DNA from: Macrostomum lignano
Taxonomy: Eukaryota
NCBI GenBank assembly: GCA_002269645.1
Contig: NIVC01000175.1
Coordinates: forward strand, 558,001 to 622,000
Direction: 5' to 3'
DNA length: 64,000 bases
Below are positions 58,869-64,000 of this stretch, in pieces. The stretch's first letter is position 1; the number at the start of each line of letters is the position of its first letter. Position numbers and translations under genes: made by a program. The notes under the pieces were generated by a model. That model was not told the DNA's origin, searched no databases, and saw only the letters and a list, made by a program, of their open reading frames with translations.

Positions 58869-59321
58869 CTTTTTGGGTCAAGATTCAAAGCCGCATGTAT
58901 AAGACTGTATTAACTCAACAAGGAATACCGACCTTAGTCCCGTAGGTTCTCTCTTTTCTGACCGCAGTCGTCACCGATATCTCAAGAGCGCAGTATGATG
59001 AATCTGTCAATCCAGAATTGAAAATGCGGACTTCCCTACATTTACATGTGTATGTAACGTAAATGTTCTGACTGGGAATTTAGCTAGAATGTCAGCCATT
59101 GGCTGATGTGGCTCTTCAAGTCAACTTGGTCTGTGATTCAGTACAATGGCAGCATTTGTCCGGCAAATTCTACTAGTATAACCATTCCGTAATATTCATA
59201 CTACATGCACATAGTCATATTCAACTGAAAGCAGTAGTATGTAGTGCGCATATTTACGAGCGTATTATTGATTTGTTAACTAGCAGTAATAGCCCCCCCC
59301 CTTGCGGCGGCAAAAGATGAT

Positions 59322-60948
59322 GGAATAGGACTTTCCTTTGGCATCTCAGCATTCCTTTTTTAACCTTGGCAGCCTGGACAGGCCTGCAATGACATTATTT
59401 AGCTTAGCAATATGAACTTTATGAAGCTATAAACAGTCCAGAGTTGGTACTAAAGACTGTGCATCAGTTCCAGGGGGTTGGTAGTCGCCTATTGCGCTTT
59501 AGATCTTTAGGCCCCAATCCTGCTGAACTCCTAAGAAAAGCCAAAGATGTTGTGGGTAAATTTGCGAATTTTACCTCGCGAAGAAACTATAACCACCCGA
59601 GTATCCTTCCAAATATACTTTTCTAGCATTCGTTAAGTTACCTAAAACTCGGAATTGGCAGCAGTTATAGTATAAATCCGCCCATCTTATTTGACAGAGT
59701 AGCAGCCGTGTTAGAAACAAGGGAGCACGACAAGGGAGCTGGAGCTTCTTTATAAGAAGTCCATGGTCGGGTTGCAGTCCTTTGAAGCAGGGAGGCTGTC
59801 TTTGAGCAATCCATCCATCAAAACTGGTTGGGGTTTCCAGTGGACGTCAGGCTGACGTGGAAGCGCCGACGCAGATTAGAGGCGCTGGGCTCGCAATCAG
59901 AGAGGATGTTAAGGGTAATAAAATCGGCTAAGACCTTGTCTCTGAAGTTGAGATAAATATACCAGCGTATGACAAAAGCTATCGTCAATCATGAGGTTTG
60001 TCAAGTTTAAAATGGACACCGGCTTCGAGTAGTCGACGAGTCGTCTTAAAAGCCTTGTAGCGTACTTTAATAACTTTCTCGAAATTTCGTTAGATTTCTA
60101 AAGTCAAAAAGATTTATATTTCCAGAAACTTATTCAAGTTAGCATCTTATCTATAACATACGCATATAAATAGTAAATAATTATTTATTACTTAACTGTT
60201 AATATTCTACTCGTATTTGCGTAACGTATATAATTAAGTGTTTAATCGCTTTGTTAAGATGCGCTCAATCTTTCTAGAAATTTCCGGAAGACAGTTACAA
60301 ATCTATAAATATACGGCGACGGCAGTGACACGAATCACTCTCCCCTTGTTTTCTCTTCGATCTGATTTCCGTTGATAAACTACTAAATGAACCACCGCCT
60401 TGCTTTCATTCAATAACCAACAAAGACATCTACAGCCTCGCCGAGGACGAATTGATATCCTGTTTAAAATACCTTGAAGTAGGCCTTCATCTTAAGTCCT
60501 CAGCGGACACTGTCCGACCAAGGTCCCTCCTTCCGATAGTCCTAAGACTAGCAACAGGGCTGATACTCTCTATATTGAATGAGAGGGGTACTCTATATTG
60601 AATCTGCTCACTGTTTCCACTTCCGAGCTGTAAAGTGTTTTAAATAGGCCTGTAGTATTTTAAAAGGCCTAGTTTCTCGGCGAAATTCTTTTCAAGCAAA
60701 GATCTCGCATTGCAGTAAGGACCCTCGGACTTGCCTGTCTGGTCTCGCACCTTTTCTTCAAGTGGTCTAAAGCGCAATGGACGGCTCCCATCACCCCTGG
60801 AACTGATGCACAGTCTTTAGTACCAACTCTGGACTGTTTATAGCTTCATAAAGTTCATATTGCTGAGCTAAATAATGTCATTGCAAGCCTGTCCAGGCTG
60901 CTAAGGTTCAAAAAGGAATGCTGAGATGCCAAAAGAAAGTTCTATTCC
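59322..60948. mobile_element. Non-coding element with ~180-bp TIRs
   Basis: ~59322-59505 is the reverse complement of ~60762-60948. No clear TSD or intact ORF. Confidence 0.7.
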
Positions 60949-61064
60949 TGGCATTCTTCTCGAATCGTTTGTTAAACTATTTTTTCAATGTTTTTCCCAC
61001 TTTCTCCACCTGAGAAGCTTATTTTAGCATTTTTTGACATCCCCAAGCTATTAAAACAGTAAAA

Positions 61065-61271
61065 TTAACAACTTTGTTTTTTGCACTTCCAGTCCGGAAC
61101 AACGACCATCATGCACTTTGTTGAACCACGCTCCGCCATGCCGAGCACCCACTGACCAGGTTGGAAGGCACCCTGATAAAACTTACAGTGCATGAAGTAG
61201 GACTTGTCGACCTCCACATCAACATCAGGGCCACCAAGCTGGACCAAGGTGGTCCTCCAGCACCTGGGCAC
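61065..61271 (-). mobile_element. Merlin/IS1595-type (ISXO2-like) transposase fragment
   Basis: LGGPDVDVEVDKSYF..KF.QG..GQWVLGMAERGSTKCMMVVVPD matches the GG.G..VEIDES..RKY.RG..QWVFG.VER pattern. Confidence 0.8.
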
Positions 61272-61874
61272 ACACGTCGGGAATAAATTTGTGTAGTGAG
61301 TTCATACACAGACAATTTCACGAGTGGCGAAGCCACGAGTGACTAAAATTTATCATTGTCTATGACAAAACAATATACACAAACACATTGTCTCATGAAT
61401 GTATTTTTAGAAGCCTAAAATAATGATTCCTAAGCGTGGAATAATGAGCGTACAGCATGACACAATGCATTGTCTGTAGGATCGTCAAACAGAAAAACAA
61501 TGCAAAGAATCAGCGGTCCCAGTGCGTGACAACGATTGTCTGGCGAGCGCCGGTAGGACTGGGACCGCTGATTATTTATCCATTAACACTCAAAAATAGT
61601 GCAGTAGAAACATTGCTATGCGCTTTCGTCTATGGCATTAGTTGGCGCCGGAAGAAGTCGAGGAGGGGGGAGAGTGAGAATGGGGGTGTGGGGGCGAAGC
61701 CCCCACTTTCTAAAATGAAATATAAATAAATTTTAGTCTATGGCCCACATCGACATTAATATGCACTGTAGTTTTTTGATCCTATAAAGAGGGAGACAGA
61801 AGGTTTAAGAGAGCTGAGTAGAAAGACAGCAGATTTGATTTCTTGCATCTTTCAGTTACGCAAACAAAATCGCC

Positions 61875-62400
61875 ATGGCTGACGCAGAGCCAACTACAGT
61901 GGCAGAAGTTCTGCCTCCTCTATTTAACTACGGAGCTATGCCGAATGGGGAGATTTCAGGAGTAACATCCGGCGAGTTCGACTTGATTTGCACGTCATTG
62001 GATCATGCCCAAGGTCATTAGACCGTCGAGATGCAGCGAACCGCTATAGATTCTCCGAGAAAAGCTGCAAGAGACTTTCGCTTTCTTCTTGAGTTTATGA
62101 AGAACGTCAGTGAGAAAGCAGGCCTTACTAAGGTGTACACCGACCGCTGCATATGGTAGGTAGTTTGACCTGTACTTTTTCCCACCATATTCATGTGTCT
62201 CTGTGAAAACATTTGAATCTAGACAAATCAGTTGCCAAATTTTCCTAAACTGCAGAGTAACTAGAGCGTGCCACCTGGATACCTGTGGCCAGACTATCCA
62301 GGAAATCATGCTCATCACTGGGCGAAAGTGTGAGCGGACTGTTAAGCGCTACTTATCGAGGCGACGGGATCGCAGTTGTATAGGGCATCTCTGGCTGTGG
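61875..62400 (+). pseudogene. Crypton-like tyrosine recombinase relic with a spliceosomal intron
   Basis: FMKNVSEKAGLTKVYTDRCI, then a GT-AG intron at 62156-62255, then VTRACHL..IQEIMLITGRKCERTVKRYL. This resembles the M..IS..AGL...YTNHS.R.T...IM..TGH.S...V..Y pattern. In-frame stops present. Confidence 0.7.
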
Positions 62401-63693
62401 ATCAGGCCGAAACTAATGTCATTAATGTCATTAATTAACTGATTAACATACGATTTCTTTGTTGAACAGTTTTTGATGTTTTTCTAACATAAAAAAATAA
62501 ATTTTTTTCTTTGTTATTGTTTAAATTGCTGTTGCGTGTTAATGTCCAAAATGACATTAACACGTATCCCACGCGCGTGTTATTTTCACCAAAAAAGCAT
62601 AGCAATGTTCATACTCTAGAGTGCTCATACTTCCCCTCTATCTAACCAACTCATCCCTTTGGACCATAGACATTCTTATTTGATCCAGCGTGCAAGAATG
62701 CTTTGGAAGTCGCCATATGCGTGCAGAAATGCAAGTTTCTATGGTAAAAGCACCTTGAATTTACATGTGCACTCCGTGCAGAAATGTCTATCGTGCAAGA
62801 ATGTAACGCGCAATGTTTCTATATTTAGCATAACAGCCATAGACTACAAGCATAATCTTCTTTCCATCGTGCAAGAATGTTCAGACTAGCTCGCGCATAT
62901 TTTGTCTATGGTTCAAGTCTAACTCCACACCCCCAGCTCCACCCTTGTCTACTTTAGCCACACATGTTGGATCAAATAAGAACGGGAATCAAGCACTTTG
63001 ACTTGTCCGTCTATGGTAAAAACCCTCGTGCGCTACGCGCACTCGTGTTTCAGCCATTGACGCACTCGTCAGCGTGCTAGATTCCTCCAGTCCCAAGCAT
63101 CAGTACCACGTCAGACAACACGATTCCCGCGTTTTCGCACCAATCTGAAATAAAAAACTTCGAAACTTCAAATTGTTAGGAATCGTTAGGCATTGCTAGA
63201 CGACAAAAGTGTCATCATCCGTTGCCGCCGCAAGGAAGGGGCTATTACTGCTAGTTAGCAAAGCAACAATAAATATGCGCACCACATACTACTGTTTTCA
63301 GCTGAATATGAATATGTCGTATGAATATGAATATGAATATGAATATGAATATTTCGTTACCGAATTGTTATAGAATTTGCCGGACAAATGATGCCATTGC
63401 ACTGACTTGCTGAACAAATTGACTTTGAGAGCCACACCAGCCAACTGCTGACACTCTAGATGCCCAGCCAGAATATTTAGGTTCCATTCACACCTGAAAT
63501 TTGGGAAGTCGGTAATTTTTCAATTCTGGATTGACAGACTCATCATACTGCGCTCTTTGGATATCGGTGACTTAAACTGCGGTCAGAAAAGCGAGTACCT
63601 AGCTACGGGACTAAGGTCGCTATTCTTAGTTGCATTATTTTCGAAACGGTACATATATATACATGCATTCGCCCTGAATTCAGACACCCAAAC

Positions 63694-64000
63694 ATGCCTG
63701 ACGAGAAACCAACCGCAGTCCACAAGGCAGCAATTCTGCTACCTGTTCAAGCTTGGCTGTCGAGCACATCTGCTCACGGTTTGAGCAGACTCTCTGGTCA
63801 GCGACCAATCTACATCAAACTAATTTGGCTTCTGGTTTTCGCCTCATTCATGACGATCTTTGTCATCCAGGTGCAAGTCTTTGTGAACAAGTACCATGAA
63901 AAGCCGCAGACGACTACCCTACAGGAGGACTCGGTGGAGTTCGAGTTCCCGGACCTGGTCATCTGCAGCACGAACATTGTGTCAGGAAGTTATCCCTACT
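63694..64000 (+). CDS. Second DEG/ENaC copy, 5' part, truncated by the window end (absent from the ORF track)
   Basis: MPDEKPTAVHKAAILLPVQAWLSSTSAHGL..FPDLVICSTNIVSGSYPY; nearly identical to the reverse complement of 58566-58868. Confidence 0.92.
   Translation, partial: MPDEKPTAVHKAAILLPVQAWLSSTSAHGLSRLSGQRPIYIKLIWLLVFASFMTIFVIQVQVFVNKYHEKPQTTTLQEDSVEFEFPDLVICSTNIVSGSYPY

Overview
Eukaryotic (animal) genomic DNA with GT-AG introns and heavy micro/minisatellite and transposon content. An EF-hand + dynein-light-chain (TAL-family) gene points to a flatworm; a free-living Macrostomum-like species is a guess from the repeat landscape. Genes assembled by hand from splice sites and reading phase: an intronless phospholipase B-like gene (PLBD1) broken by one frameshift; an 8-exon TAL-like gene with five symmetric phase-2 small linker exons and a CCCC tail; a secreted PAN + ALK/LTK-type glycine-rich protein; a cluster of three paralogous 2-exon prepropeptide genes whose predicted mature peptides share R-x-S-Y-I-P-[LM]-F-N-F-[IL]-R-x-x-L-R (no family I recognise, and the top finding); a 4-exon ARPC2 with a 10.2-kb first intron; and a head-to-head inverted pair of intronless DEG/ENaC genes, the second cut by the window edge. 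Mobile DNA includes a decayed Ngaro/DIRS-type YR retrotransposon with a SAP-domain gag, a mariner relic, Merlin and Crypton-like fragments, and several hAT-like elements with 8-bp target-site duplications (TSDs). No rRNA, tRNA or CRISPR arrays were seen. All homology calls rest on motif recognition from memory; no searches were run.
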